Assembly (NCBI GenBank): GCA_964016885.1
Contig: OZ024748.1
Coordinates: forward strand, 23,312,001 to 23,376,000
Length of the DNA stretch: 64,000 bases
DNA from: Eledone cirrhosa
Lineage: Eukaryota
Reading direction: 5' to 3'
Of the stretch, positions 39,488 through 53,961 are shown piece after piece (within the stretch, counting starts at the first letter, position 1; the number at the start of each line of letters is the position of its first letter). Both the position numbers and the translations under genes were made by a program. The notes below the pieces were generated by a model that saw only the letters and a list, made by a program, of their open reading frames with translations, did no database searches and was not told the origin of the DNA.

Positions 39488-39622
39488 GTGCGTGTGCGTG
39501 TGTCTGTGTGTGTGTGTGTGTGAGTGAGTGTGTATGTGTGTGTATGTATATACACATATATATATATATATATACACATACATATATATATGCATACATA
39601 TATATGCACATACATATATACT

Positions 39623-39673
<51 letters not shown>

Positions 39674-39716
39674 CATATATATATGCATACATATATATGC
39701 ACATACATATATACTG

Positions 39717-39753
<37 letters not shown>

Positions 39754-39757
39754 CTAT

Positions 39758-39789
<32 letters not shown>

Positions 39790-39812
39790 CTATAGATATA
39801 TATAGATATATA

Positions 39813-39853
<41 letters not shown>

Positions 39854-40010
39854 CACACACACAGATATATATATATATATATATATAGCTATAGATATAT
39901 ATAGATATATAATAGATATATATACACACACACACACGCACACACACAGATATATATATATATAGCTATAGATATATATATATATAGCTATAGATATATA
40001 TAGATATATA

Positions 40011-40088
<78 letters not shown>

Positions 40089-40349
40089 GTGTGTATATAT
40101 ACAGGCATAAATGTGAACAAATAGAACTGTACGTTCGCATAGTTCAGTGCTTCATAAGAACAGAATGGAATTTCCGATGGCCGTTTGCCAAGCTTGCAAT
40201 TTTTACTGGTGTTTTTAATGAATATACACGCATATAGATATACTCGCTGACATATAAACATACGCATATATACGCGCGTATATACGCATACAAATGCATA
40301 CTAACATGTACATGTGAGATATTGTATGCATATATAAATATTTACATAC

Positions 40350-40445
<96 letters not shown>

Positions 40446-40447
40446 GC

Positions 40448-40507
<60 letters not shown>

Positions 40508-40564
40508 ACATGCGAGTGTGTAAATATATATGTACATATACATAAACACGCATACACCCTCACA

Positions 40565-40614
<50 letters not shown>

Positions 40615-40649
40615 TACATGCATGTGTGTAAATATATATGTGCACATAC

Positions 40650-40726
<77 letters not shown>

Positions 40727-40798
40727 AATACGCACACACATACACTCCCATTTATACATATATACATACATATATATGCATATGCATGTATATACATA

Positions 40799-40831
<33 letters not shown>

Positions 40832-41375
40832 CCTACACATTTATAAAAACACTAGAAGCTTCAGGCAATTCAGTGGAGGTGTACTTTTGATGCCAAAAAT
40901 ACACATTAGTGCGCATGTGTCGATTGATCGCTTCCGAAATTGGCAAAGTTCTGAACAATCGTGCAGTCTGTCAGCTTTCTTAGTTATTGGCCTTTGAGCT
41001 TTTATAATTCCCAGGGTACACCGCGGCTGACGTCACACTTAGTGTCGCCCTGCTGTCGGCAAACCAGAAGAAATAAAATGACAATTACATAAAAAAATGA
41101 AGATATAACAAAAAATAGGTTGAAAAAGCATAAAGTCATGCTTGAATAAATACTTTGTGTAGCTATATATAAGTCTGTGTGTTTATGTTTATATATTGCA
41201 AGGTTTATGAATATGTAAGTATTTCGACATTTACTTGTGTGGGTTAGTGTATGTATGTATATTTTCAATAGTTCTTCTCTGTCTCCTAGAGTGTCTTGGT
41301 AATCCTAGCTACGATGGTTGTGTACGAGTATGAACATGCTTTCCATGCGTACGTTTGTACTAATCTTTGAGTGCG

Positions 41376-41448
<73 letters not shown>

Positions 41449-41463
41449 GTGTGTGTGTGTGCG

Positions 41464-41583
<120 letters not shown>

Positions 41584-41889
41584 CATATAGATACAGTAAG
41601 ACACACGTATAGAAAGACAGACACACATCCCAGCTGAAAACCCGTACTCTTAGACATCACACTATCATGCATGAATACATACACCCCTACAGCCCTACTC
41701 ACTTCACTCCTCCTGATAAGCCCTTTCATTTTCACTATCCTGATAAAGGACAATCGTCCGATATGTTGAAACGGCCTTTTTTTTCTTTCTCCTTTTCCCA
41801 GAAGCATGAAACTAATAATATTACGTGCGTGCATAAAATTTGATAAACATAAATATACGAAAACACAAACATATGCACAAGCTTATGCG

Positions 41890-41964
<75 letters not shown>

Positions 41965-41991
41965 TATGCATATATATATATATATATATTA

Positions 41992-42049
<58 letters not shown>

Positions 42050-42106
42050 GCGTATATTTATTTATCTATCTGTGTGGGTGTGTTTACACCACACCATACA
42101 CACACA

Positions 42107-42153
<47 letters not shown>

Positions 42154-42642
42154 ACACACACATATGTATATAGTTAAATAGCACGTATATTCATGTGTTA
42201 GTTTGTGCAGATAAATGTGGGCATATATGTATTTTTACATTTAGACGTAAATACATATTTCCTCTCTAAGTTCCTCCTCTTTCTCTTTTTCTCTCTCCCT
42301 CTCCCCCTCTCTCTCTCTCTTCCCCCTTTCTCTCTCTCTCTCTCTTCCCCTTTCTCTCTCTTTCTCTCTCCCTTACTCTAAATGCATTCAGTTATTCCAA
42401 TTGTTTATTTTTCATTTTCTCTCGATTTATTTACTTATTGTTTCCTGTTTCCACTCGGAAATCTAAAACATCTTCATCTACCATCCGTTGCCCTTTAACC
42501 TCGACATCTTCTCTCTGTGACGTCATTACCAACAACCAATCAGATGTCGAAACCTTGTTCTACAAAGTTATCTGTCACACAACAGCATGTGTATCTTAAA
42601 ACGGGTGGGCGAACACAAAATCTATCATATGGCCACGGTGTC

Positions 42643-43075
42643 CGCGGCTATTTTCATTTATGAAAAGTTGTTGTTGACTTTTTTTTACAGATGATTCCCT
42701 TATCTTGGAAGTTGTTTCATATAACAATACTTTCTGCAACTCTGCAATAGCCATTGGATATTTACAATGGAAGCAGTCTAACGATAATATCAGTTTAAGT
42801 CGTAATTTTTCAATATGGAAGCAGATTTTGGTTAACGTTTCAAGTCTGACTTCTGACTTTCTCATCCAAGAGGCAATCCTGAACAGTAAGGATGTTGATA
42901 GAATGTATTTTTTACAAGTCAGGACATCTGAAATGCTGCCATGGAAAAGAAAACCAATATTTTTGACACGAGGAGTTAGTTTGTACCCATGGAGTGCCCA
43001 TGGTGTGCCCATGGTGTGCCCATGGTGTGCCCATGGTGTGCCCATAATGTGCCCATGATGTGCCCCTAGTGTGCC
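42643..43075 (+). repeat. Inverted paralog of ~37900-38320, with exon-like block 42691-42917
   Basis: ttttttttacag/ATGATT...TTACAA/gtcagg, open frame. Confidence 0.7.
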
Positions 43076-43076
43076 A

Positions 43077-43592
43077 CGGACAGGACATATTGTCCGCATG
43101 AAAGGTAGCGGGATCCCGAAGCAACTGTCTCGAGGTGAGCTCCATATTAGAAAAAGGCCTCAACACAAACCGAAAATGAGGTACAAGGACAGCATCAAGA
43201 ACAACCTCATATAGCTGGCATTTGATATAGACAACTGGGAGGAGATAGCTCTAAATAGGGCTGAGTGGAGAAAGTGCATAAAGGGCAGTTGCAAAATGCT
43301 TGAAGAATGTCGCCTAGAACATAAACAACTGAAACGTCAGCTCCGGAAGGGTTATGCTCACAGTCTTAATGAATTCATCAGTAGTTGGACATGCAAGTTC
43401 TGTCAGCGTGTACTCCTCTCAAATGCTGGTTATATTAATCACCTGAAGTCACATGAAAGGAAAACCACCTGCAACACCACTCGACAAAGATCTGGTGAAA
43501 CAACGTGTGATACGCAACAAAGTGTATAGAACTAGTTCCGGGCTAAAAAACAATAGGAGGAGGCAAACATCTGTGAAGACGCTGCAATCCTC
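43077..43592 (+). mobile_element. 3' end of an RTE-clade LINE with (TATG)n tail
   Basis: GHIVRMKGSGIPKQLSRGEL..KRPQHKPKMRYKDSIK..WEEIALNRAEWR..CKFCQRVLLSNAGYINHLKSH (C2H2). One in-frame stop. Confidence 0.9.
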
Positions 43593-43631
43593 ATGTATGT
43601 ATGTATGTATGTATGTATGTATGTATGTATG

Positions 43632-43662
<31 letters not shown>

Positions 43663-43712
43663 CATGTATTCCAGTACAACCTGTCCCATGGTCGGGTCGT
43701 TGGCGACTATGT

Positions 43713-44320
43713 GTCAGGTCACCAGTTGGTGCTACTGATAACATGTATTCCAGTACAACCTGTCCCATGGTCGGGTCGTTGGCGACTAAACTGGCAACCC
43801 CACCAAGGTTCCTTGGTGAGAAGGGTGACTTTGGACATCCTGCAGGACTAAAAACAAAACCTGTCAAAGGGCAAAGAAGCTCTTAAGAGTCAATGGTCAT
43901 CCAAAATCACCGGGAGAGATGACCCCTTAGCCTTTGTCAAGGCAGAATTCTAGGAGAAGGAAAACTCTGATATAACACCTGCAACCCTGATGGTATCCAA
44001 AGATGTTGACTTGTTCTTCTTTTTGGTAAATATCATCTTGGTTAAGAGAGTGGGACTGGCTTTGTGCAGTGCTTTTGCTCACTATAAAAGCTTCACGGCA
44101 CAGGCATTGCTTTGTATCTGGAGATCTCTCTGCACTTGTCGTCACATGGTACCATGGGCCCAGCACTATGTGTCAATAATTGTCACAGGTGTAGTGTTTG
44201 TACCAGAGTTTTCAAGTCGCTGGCTGGACTAAAAAGTCACACTTGTTCAGCGCATCGGTAGGGCTTCTCCTACATGGATATAAAGTAGTGGCCGTACTCG
44301 AAAACGTGTTGGCAGCCACC
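43713..44320 (+). mobile_element. 608-bp non-autonomous bipartite RTE derivative
   Basis: RTE-like leader (ggagaaggaaaactctga) plus terminal C2H2 remnant CSVCTRVFKSLAGLKSH and a (TATG)n tail. Confidence 0.75.
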
Positions 44321-44419
44321 ATGTATGTATGTATGTATGTATGTATGTATGTATGTATGTATGTATGTATGTATGTATGTATGTATGTATGTATGTATGT
44401 ATGTATGTATGTATGAATC

Positions 44420-44730
44420 TGTAACTCCCGAAGGAGTTGTAGAGTGCTATTATGACATACTGCATGTTTTAAGCACTTTATACCTGGCGAAGTCCATCTC
44501 TTCCCCGGTAAAAACACAACCGATACTTTTCCAGAGAAGGAAAAGAGACATGAGAGCTAAAGTGAGAAAGGGGTATAAATGAAGAATGGATGCCTGTGAT
44601 ACTTCTGCTATAAACCCCGAAAGGATGAACTAAAGATTGACCGTGCGGTAATTTGAACTCTGAGCACAAAAAGTCGGAACGAATACCGCAAATTATTCTA
44701 CCTGACATTCTAACGACTCAGCTAATTCGA
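44420..44730 (-). mobile_element. Diverged long-tailed SINE
   Basis: aaggatgaa / tttgaactctg / ttctaacgactc segments. Confidence 0.6.
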
Positions 44731-44817
44731 TGAGGATGTCACCTTAACTATTGATGAAACAATGTCCGTAGCTCTTAAAGAAATACGATTCTGGAGGACA
44801 TATATACGAGAAAGTCT

Positions 44818-45147
44818 GCGAACTGGCAGAGTCCTTAGAACGTCGGATAGAATGCTTTATGGTATTGATTCCGGCTCTCAGCTCTGGGAGTTAAAATCCT
44901 GCCATAGTCAACTTTGCTTTTCATCTTTTTGAGGTCAATAAAAAAGTACCAGTCCAGTACTGGGGTCGATTCTTCCTTTATATCTTTTTCTCATTTCCCC
45001 TCTCTCTCACTTTCTATCTTTCTCTGGAAGAAACCTGCTGTACTCAGGCCTGGGGAGGGATGGTCTCGGCCAGGTTTAAAATGTCCAAGAAACGACATAT
45101 TTCAATATGGCGCCCCTATGACTCTATCGGGAATTACGGGGCCATAC
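44818..45147 (+). mobile_element. Long-tailed tRNA/Nin SINE variant
   Basis: tRNA-like head, Nin-type domain, tail shared with 18330 and 27205. Confidence 0.75.
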
Positions 45148-45484
45148 ATGTAAGAGAAATAACTCCAAGCGACCACTGAATATAACTCTTCATATATAAA
45201 ACTTTTGTTTCTAGTCTTGTATCTCTATTTTATAACTATGTATATTTTTATAGGCGTGTGTATTACTTAGCGTTTCAGAGAGGAGGAATTTGTGCATAAA
45301 CAACGTAGCATTAAACATCTGGAAAGGAATCAGGTACATACTTTTCCGCTACTTCTCACCGAACTGTAACACACGGCCTAATGTTCGTAAAACACAAGCT
45401 CACTCCCCACCCCAAGCCTACCTTCTCAAAAAACAACTACATACACACACATGCACACACACACGCGCATATGTACGTATGCAC

Positions 45485-45520
<36 letters not shown>

Positions 45521-45542
45521 TCATTAAAATAACAGATTATTT

Positions 45543-45573
<31 letters not shown>

Positions 45574-45705
45574 ATATATATATATATATATGTGCGTGTG
45601 TGTGTGTGTTTGTGTTGCTAATTCTTTGACTATATATATATACGTATATCGAAGAAGCGCCAGCGTTATAAGAATCAAGCTCGGCCTTAATGAACAATAT
45701 ATATG

Positions 45706-45797
<92 letters not shown>

Positions 45798-45997
45798 TAC
45801 CATTTTATATATACACACATAGTTTTTGTATTTACATACAAAGAGGGTGAGTAGAAAGTCGTAAATAAACATAAACTATATGTTAAATAGTTCATGCAGA
45901 GTCTGTAGATATCATGCTGTGGGAAATTGTTGAGCTATAGTACACATGTACTTATAGTATGTTATGTGGCATGTATATCTATCTATCTATCTATCTA

Positions 45998-46376
45998 CTT
46001 TTTTTCAAATACCACTTTGGAAGAAGAATCAGGATGGAGAGAGAGGTGCTGTACCCCAGCAAGTTTTATGAAAGGTGGGTGAAAGTGGCGAGAATGGCCC
46101 GAGTGAATGGGCCTTCTCTCTATATCAGCCTGTAGGTTGAGGAAAAGGAGGAGGAGAGGAAAGGAGTACAAGCTCTTCGTACTCCTGGAGATGAGGGTTG
46201 CACATTTTTTTTCGGGGGTTATGTGTTACCCATATAAACTGTCTCCCTCTATTGGGGAAAATCGACTAACTTTTAAATTGCATCTGTGATAACATTTTAC
46301 ACGTTTTTATTGTATGTAAACTTCCCCCTTTGTATTTGTCCCCTTCTTTTGTGCCCCTGTGGCTAATAAAGAAATA
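45998..46376 (+). mobile_element. 3' end of an L1-Tx1-like LINE in (TCTA)n
   Basis: FFKYHFGRRIRMEREVLYPSKFYERWVKVARMARVNG..L* (stop 46133-46135), 3' UTR, AATAAA, (TATC)n on both sides. Confidence 0.7.
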
Positions 46377-46406
46377 TATCTATCTATCTATCTATCTATC
46401 TATCTA

Positions 46407-46750
46407 ATAAAGAAGAAATTAAAAGATGGTTAAAAGAGTTCCATATATTTTATTATGCGCATTTCGAATACAAAATCATCCTGGGACAAAAATTGTGTTC
46501 TCATCAGATAAAATACGGTATCATGATATGAGGCATAATAGCACTTGTTTACAGGAAAGTGGTAAGTTTACATATGTAGACGATGATTTTGTATTCGAAA
46601 TACACATAATAAAATATATGGAACTCTTTTAACCATCTTTTAATTTCTTCTTTATTATATATACTCCAGTTCTACCATCTGTTGAGTGCTACTTATCTGA
46701 TATATGCATAGTTTTATTGTTCTACAATATTACTCACCTTCTACATTATC
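46407..46750 (+). mobile_element. PLE-type element: inverted arm with intact HHR plus a 5'-truncated sense copy
   Basis: 46407-46480 inverted versus 46582-46656. Same family as 35203-35422. Confidence 0.8.
46446..46515 (-). ncRNA. Type I hammerhead ribozyme (intact)
   Basis: tattttat-CTGATGA-gaacacaa...ttgtattc-GAAA-tgcgca-TA/ataaaata. Confidence 0.9.
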
Positions 46751-46779
46751 TATATATGTGTATATGTGTGTGTGTGTGC

Positions 46780-46894
<115 letters not shown>

Positions 46895-47102
46895 TGTGTA
46901 TTAGAAAGAGTCGAGTCCTGACGGCTGAGCTCTTGCCATTTCAACAGCTAGTTTCAGACCTAGACTTCGAGTCTTGAACATTTGAGAAAGAAATGTTGAA
47001 GATTCGAAGGTGATCAGAGCCTCAAGTCTTGAACTTTTCTCTCTGCTTTTTAGCCTCTTGGATTGTGTTTACCATTATTCCTTTAATATATAACTATTAT
47101 TA

Positions 47103-47170
47103 AATAAACACCTGATGATGTTACCAGGATCCTACGGAACCTGGTCATTGAAATGTGCATAGTGTTTGTT
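47103..47170 (+). ncRNA. Type I hammerhead ribozyme
   Basis: aataaacac-CTGATGA-tgttaccagg..cctggtcatt-GAAA-tgtgca-TA/gtgtttgtt. Base of stem II is imperfect. The element ends at ~47339 in (TA)n. Confidence 0.8.
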
Positions 47171-47335
47171 ATAATAAATCTTTGAAGGAATTTCATCAGT
47201 CCAGCCTCCTGTCATTTTACTTAATAATAATTACTAAGATGGATGAGTTGCATAACGTCGAGTGCTTTTCCTAATATTGCATCACGGTTGACTATACGGA
47301 ATGATCAGTTCTATCCAGTGGTTAACCAACAAACC

Positions 47336-47386
<51 letters not shown>

Positions 47387-47567
47387 CTGTGTGTCTGTAT
47401 GTGTGCGTGCGTGTGTGTGCATGTATGTGTGTGTATCTATGGTATATATATATATATATATATATAAGTGTGTGTGTGTGTGTGTGTGTGTAAAGATACA
47501 TAGGTATATGTGTGTACATACATACATATATACATATGTATGTGCGTATGTGTGTAAAATATACAAT

Positions 47568-47700
47568 AATTATTTCTACTTTAGGCTCAAGGCCAGCAAT
47601 TACCCAGTGCATTACTGGTACTTTATTTTATCGACCCCGTAAGGTTGAAAGGCAAAGTCAACCTCGGCGGGATTTGAACTCAGATCGTAAAGGGACGTAC
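47568..47700 (-). mobile_element. 5'-truncated Nin/Deu SINE
   Basis: TSD tacaataat. Confidence 0.85.
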
Positions 47701-47985
47701 AATAATGGGGCATCTAAATGGCTTTAGCTGAAGAGAAGCGATGGGTAGGTTCAAAATTATGTAAGGCAAATAGCATATGCACATAGACTGATGATTGATG
47801 AATCGTCAGTTGGGTCACTTGGACGAGGGTATATGTAGTAAAATGACCTGATACATCCCCTAACTCCGAGATACAAGACAGATAATGTAGCCAATCCACT
47901 ATAATAAAGGAAGGTCTGCGGGATTGCGTACGGTTTATTTTTTTTTATCCCGTTTGTAAAATAAGTTGGATTACTTTGAATAAAT

Positions 47986-48062
47986 AATTGTTTCTACTTT
48001 TGGCACAAGGCCAGCAATTACCCAGTACTTTATTTTATCGACCCCAAAAGGATGAAAAGCAA
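47986..48062 (-). mobile_element. SINE 3' fragment
   Basis: Matches the family tail. Confidence 0.75.
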
Positions 48063-48194
48063 ATAATGAATGAATATTACATAATTTATCTACTCAATTT
48101 CGTAAACAAAAATAATTTCGTAAAAATAAATAATTTAAAATTGACTTCTTTTCAAAATTGCTCTTCCGGTATATCGTCGCCACCACTTCAACTA

Positions 48195-48499
48195 CCATAT
48201 ATATATAGAAAGAGAGAGTGTGTGATGTCAACACTTCCGGTAGCGATCGTTTAAATAAACATACTAATTTTCTCCTAATGCAGTTTATATATAATATCGT
48301 CTTTTTTAATGTATCATGGATTACGTTACTGATTACATAAGACAGTGTAACGCAGTCTTCGTTCAATTTCTGTGTATATTGTCAATTACGATTTTATTTG
48401 ATGTATCATATCTACATGTATATATACCTGCGTATAATATCAATATACACACTACACATGCTGGGCAGAAAACCCCCCGTCGGGTGGTTTTTCTGCTAG
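48195..48499 (+). mobile_element. Possible non-autonomous Helitron (3' end)
   Basis: GC-rich hairpin gcagaaaacc..ggtttttctgc ending in CTAG/T. The 5' boundary is uncertain. Confidence 0.4.
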
Positions 48500-48831
48500 T
48501 TATTTTAAATGTGAAACATCCAGTGACTCCAGGATACAGCACTGATGATGTGTCTAGGGTGTTGTATTGGTGGATGTGTCACCTCGATAACGGTGTATTG
48601 CTGTAAACGTGAAACATCCAATGACTCCAGGTTACAATAATGATGATGTGTCTAGGGTGTTGTATCGGTGGATGTGTGAAGGAGAGCCAATAATCAGCGA
48701 CCGCATGCGAGCCATTGCGACCAACAGGGCAGCCTTAGTGACCTCAAGACCTCAATATCCCTCCTCGTTAAAATGAAATTTAATCATCCACTGTAACCAC
48801 TCACTATATAAGTGATATTATAATGAACCAT

Positions 48832-49020
48832 GGCGGTGGATTGGCAGTATCGGTAGAGAGTCGGACGCCATGCTTTGAAGCATAGAGTTACGTACCTTTA
48901 TGATCTGAGTTCAAATCCCGCCAAGGTTAACTTTGTCTTTCATCCTTACGGGGTCGATAAAATAAAGTACCAGTAATGTACTGGGTAATTGCTGGCCTTG
49001 TGTCAAAAGTAGAAACAATT
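48832..49020 (+). mobile_element. Full-length Nin/Deu-domain tRNA SINE
   Basis: 16-bp TSD attataatgaaccatg (48817-48832 / 49018-49033), A/B boxes. Confidence 0.92.
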
Positions 49021-49098
49021 ATAATGAACCATGTCTAATTCCACTGTAGATTGCTAGTGACGATTGCAGATGGCTAAGTTTTGGGTGTGACTTGGTAT

Positions 49099-49137
<39 letters not shown>

Positions 49138-49779
49138 ATATATATATATATATATACTATATATATATATATACCATCCTCTTACGCCATCACCTATATA
49201 ACTCACCCACACACACACCCCAAAAAAATTTTTTTTCTCCACACGCCACCCACACCTACAACACGCTTAAACCACACACACGTGCTTCCCACCACCTATT
49301 TACACCCTCAGCCCCCTGATTCCTCTCCCCCCACCCCCTATCCACACACGCACAGACACTCCGACCCACAAAAACACCCCCCACACACACCTCTTCCTGA
49401 ACATGCAACCCCGTTCTTCCCCCAACCCTCATTTTCACATACACACACACACACACACACACACGCACACCTAACCACACACACCACCTTCAGCCCTCCC
49501 CGCTCGGACACCCCGTCTCCCTCTCCCCACTCCACCCGCCACCACCCCATCTCACCCCACACCCTTCCACCACTTGTTTACCCCCCTTTTAATTTCAGTT
49601 TATTTTGATCATGCCTTTATTTTTAAATTTTCTCATTCCTTGTATTTTGATCATGCTTTATTTTTATTTATTATATTTTTTGTCTTTATTTGTTAATTTT
49701 TCATTCGCACCGTTTCCTTTCGCTATATGTCTCTCCACCACTCCCCTACACACCTTTTGAACTCTGTTCCCACACACTT

Positions 49780-49818
49780 CTCACCTGAAGAAGGGCGTAT
49801 GCCCGAAACGTCGTCCCC
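49780..49818 (+). ncRNA. Minimal PLE-type hammerhead
   Basis: CTGAAGA-a-gggc-gtat-gccc-GAAAC-GTC with weak stem I. Tail to ~49905 is shared with the 50324 copy. Confidence 0.6.
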
Positions 49819-50323
49819 CACCTACCCCCCACTCTCCTGAGCGTGAATTTAATAAACATTTATTGTACTGCCTCTCTGTTCTGTCCCTGTTCAAATTTTT
49901 CATTATATATATGTAATTAGGATTTATCTTCATGCATAGCTGTATGTATTGGAATTTCGTATTTCTAAAGAAATACTGTGTGTTTATAGATAAACATTTA
50001 GAAAGCCGTAGCTATGCAAAACACCGAGGCTGTCGCCCTCTGGTGGTGTCCAGCAGAAGCAAGGAAATTCTAATACATATCTGTATACAGCTATGCATGA
50101 CCCACCGAAAGTATAATATCTGTTTCAATACACGTTTTCAGATAAGAAATCTTGCAAAACAAATTCAAAAACGAAGTGTACATACATATTTATATATATG
50201 TCTGTACTTCTAAAAAAAAATCGTTTTGCCCCCTTTTCTCCCCCCCCCCCCCTATTTTAAAAAAAATATCTTTCCACCACTCCCCCCCCCCATACGCCCT
50301 CGGAACTCTCTTCTTACCCACTT

Positions 50324-50360
50324 TTCTCCTGATGAAGGGCTTATGCCCGAAACGCCCCCC
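50324..50360 (+). ncRNA. Degenerate minimal hammerhead, same family as 49780
   Basis: CTGATGA-a-gggc-ttat-gccc-GAAAC-GCC. Shared tail gcgtgaa..taataaa..tgtactgcctctctgtt. Confidence 0.5.
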
Positions 50361-50442
50361 CCCCACACTCTCAAAAGCGTGAACCTAATAAACCAATATT
50401 TGTACTGCCTCTCTGTTTTTGTTCCTGTCTAATATTTAACCA

Positions 50443-50669
<227 letters not shown>

Positions 50670-50717
50670 CATATTTCGTTTCTGAATTTGGCAACATGAC
50701 CCTCCCAAAGTATAACA

Positions 50718-50808
<91 letters not shown>

Positions 50809-51082
50809 CCAAGCAATACATATATACATAAACACACACACATGCATACTACGTATATATATATATGTATATATGTATATATACATACATACAAGTACAC
50901 ACGTACATACATACACATACACACATACATACATACATAAATAAAAACATGCATTCTCACATGCTTATAAAACTCTCATTAGAACATTTCCAATCAGTAA
51001 TAAGGACAGCCAGAAGGTAGGTTCTCGTAGTAATCGATTTTCTCAATTAAACTGGAAACCAATAAGCATCCTGATTCCAACA

Positions 51083-51152
<70 letters not shown>

Positions 51153-51237
51153 GTATATATATATATGTATATATGTATATATATGTATATATATACATGT
51201 ATATATATATATGTATATATATATATGTATATATATG

Positions 51238-51270
<33 letters not shown>

Positions 51271-51315
51271 GTATATATATATATGTATATATGTATATAT
51301 ATATATGTATATATG

Positions 51316-51367
<52 letters not shown>

Positions 51368-51371
51368 CATA

Positions 51372-51402
<31 letters not shown>

Positions 51403-51433
51403 ATATATGTATATATATATATGTATATATGTG

Positions 51434-51515
<82 letters not shown>

Positions 51516-51831
51516 TACATACATACATAGACATATGTTCCCTGTCCAAATTCTCTACATTCCAGAACTCACTCTCATTACATTCCTCTACTCATAAATT
51601 CATCCTCACTTCGTATACTCAGAAATATTGAACTAAGGTTGTAGTTATACGGGTTCGATATCCTAGTCGGTATATTCCATCACGAAAAACTAACAAGTAT
51701 ATCTCTAGGGGTATTTTACCCGATGCTCTCAGCTATTATCTATAGCGATCTGTTATTATAGCTATTTTCTTCCAGCGTGATGCTCACATTTTCAAATTTC
51801 AAATCTCCAAGTGCTTTGTTAATACATAAGG

Positions 51832-51870
<39 letters not shown>

Positions 51871-51873
51871 AGA

Positions 51874-51955
<82 letters not shown>

Positions 51956-53326
51956 TATATAGATATATATTTATATATATATATGCATATATCGGTATGA
52001 GATCTAGGAATTATAGAGAATAGCGCTTTATGGTTTCATTACAACATAAATTGACAGTAAGTTGCAGATAACTGACACTCTGGATCTCAACAATATCCAT
52101 AAGAAGGGAACTTGGAGCAATATTCACTGTTTGGAACACTCTGATTGTCACTCTGCTGGAATATTGCTTTTAGTCTTGATCCCTTTCTTTTGCCAAGTAC
52201 ACTGGAAGGAATCCAGCTGGCATGCACAAATACGTTAGCTTCTATTTACATTGTCAACTACACAGAGTAACTAAATGTTGTAAGGTTAGATTTCCTAGAA
52301 CAAAAGATATATGTATATATTTATATACGACCATTTAAGCCAGTAATTGGAAAACTGCAGTCTGCTAGGCGCGTGCGACCCGTTTGGCTTTCTGAAAGGC
52401 TCGCTTAATTTCAAAGTTGCCTTGAATTTTTTTAGTAATTACGCCCTGCCATGTGATGAACCACATCCTATACGGCCCACTGCTCCAAAACATTTGCCCA
52501 TGTTTGATTGAGATTTATAAATCATAGAGACATTGAGAACTCTAATGCCGGACGCTATTGTTTAATACTCAAAATATGATCGCAAATGCGATCTAGATTC
52601 TGCAAGGTAATGTTTAATATTCAGTCAAACAATATATAAAATCTACATGTACAACGCTCATCTTACATTTGATCAACCTTCGTTGCTACCTCCACTCAGG
52701 CACTGCCAATTCCGGCATCTTTTCTCGCATCCTCAATGTGTTGTCCTATATAACAGCCATTGTACTAAGTATTAAACCTATTCTCTCCTCCCCCAGAACG
52801 CCGGCCTCTGGAATTCTGGCCCTACATACACCTCTCCTGCAAATTAAACGGAAATTTAACAACATTAAATTCACTAATCCCGAAGGAACTGCAAAGTTAC
52901 TACGCACTGCATCTTATACCATATCTAGCAAATAAAAAAACATACATATTTGCAATGGCCTCGTCCTATCGACGGAAATATACTTTCCCCTACAGTAGAA
53001 TATTGCCATAGTCCCCACCGGTGGTATATGGGTCTCACCTCAAATACAATTAAGATCAGATACACCTAACATGTGAACTTATTCAGATTTAGGAACAGAA
53101 AGAAGTCTAACTCTTTATCGCAATACATTTGGAAATTAAAGGATATGAGAATCGAAAGTATCTCCATAATAGGGAACGCCCAATACAAAGTAGCCCTATA
53201 CACTAAGGTAGTTAGTAGATAGAATGATCGTCTGCTATTACAATGTTTTTTTGTGTTTGGGGACAGTCACATTTTCACTCCCAATACTTTCATAATTCAT
53301 CAGGTTTGTTTACATCCAGCTGTATT

Positions 53327-53935
53327 CTAGTTCCAAGTTTTACAGTATAACATTTTAAAAAAAACAGCAAACAGTGTTTGTCGCCCTCTAGTTCCAAGTT
53401 TTATTGTATAACATCGTACAAAAGACGGGGAACAGCGTCAGTCGCCCTCTAGTTCCAAGTTTTATAGTATATGATCTTTAAAAAGACAGCAAACAGTGTT
53501 TGTCGCCTTCTAGCTCGAAGTTTTATAGTATAAGATCTTTAAAAAGACAGCAAACAGTGTTTGTCGCCTTCTAGCTCCAAGTTTTATAGTATAAGATCTT
53601 TAAAAAGACAGCAAACAGTGTTTGTCGCCTTCTAGCTCCAAGTTTTATTGTATAAGATCTTTAAAAAGACAGCAAACAGTGTTTGTCGCCTTCTAGCTCC
53701 AAGTTTTATAGTATAAGATCTTTAAAAAGACAGCAAACAGTGTTTGTCGCCTTCTAGCTCCAAGTTTTATTGTATAAGATCTTTAAAAAGACAGCAAACA
53801 GTGTTTGTCGCCTTCTAGCTCCAAGTTTTATAGTATAAGATCTTTAAAAAGACAGCAAACAGTGTTTGTCGCCTTCTAGCTCCAAGTTTTATAGTATAAG
53901 ATCTTTAAAAAGACAGCAAACAGTGTTTGTCGCCT
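53327..53935. repeat. 61-bp minisatellite, ~10 copies
   Basis: ctagctccaagttttatagtataagatctttaaaaagacagcaaacagtgtttgtcgcctt. Confidence 0.95.
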
Positions 53936-53961
53936 GTATGTATGTATGTATGTATGTATGT

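Noticed and set aside
41735-41770. Hammerhead-like ctgataa-aggac-aatc-gtcc-gatatgtt
   Set aside because: Three or more core deviations and almost no stem I. Possibly an old relic, but not supportable.
43713-43870. Canonical HDV-like or twister ribozyme in the RTE-derivative leader
   Set aside because: A P1-like helix with G-U and CTAA motifs exist, but P2, P3 and P1.1 could not be assigned consistently. Kept only as a structured leader.
48832-48920. tRNA gene
   Set aside because: The A/B boxes belong to a SINE head followed by the Nin domain and a TSD. No full cloverleaf.
49170-49620. C/A-rich 175-aa ORF region
   Set aside because: Low-complexity, G-poor tract with homopolymers, possibly low-quality consensus. 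No coding evidence.
52669-52935. 88-aa non-repetitive ORF (also 35487-35741)
   Set aside because: Non-ATG start, no recognisable motif or splice support.
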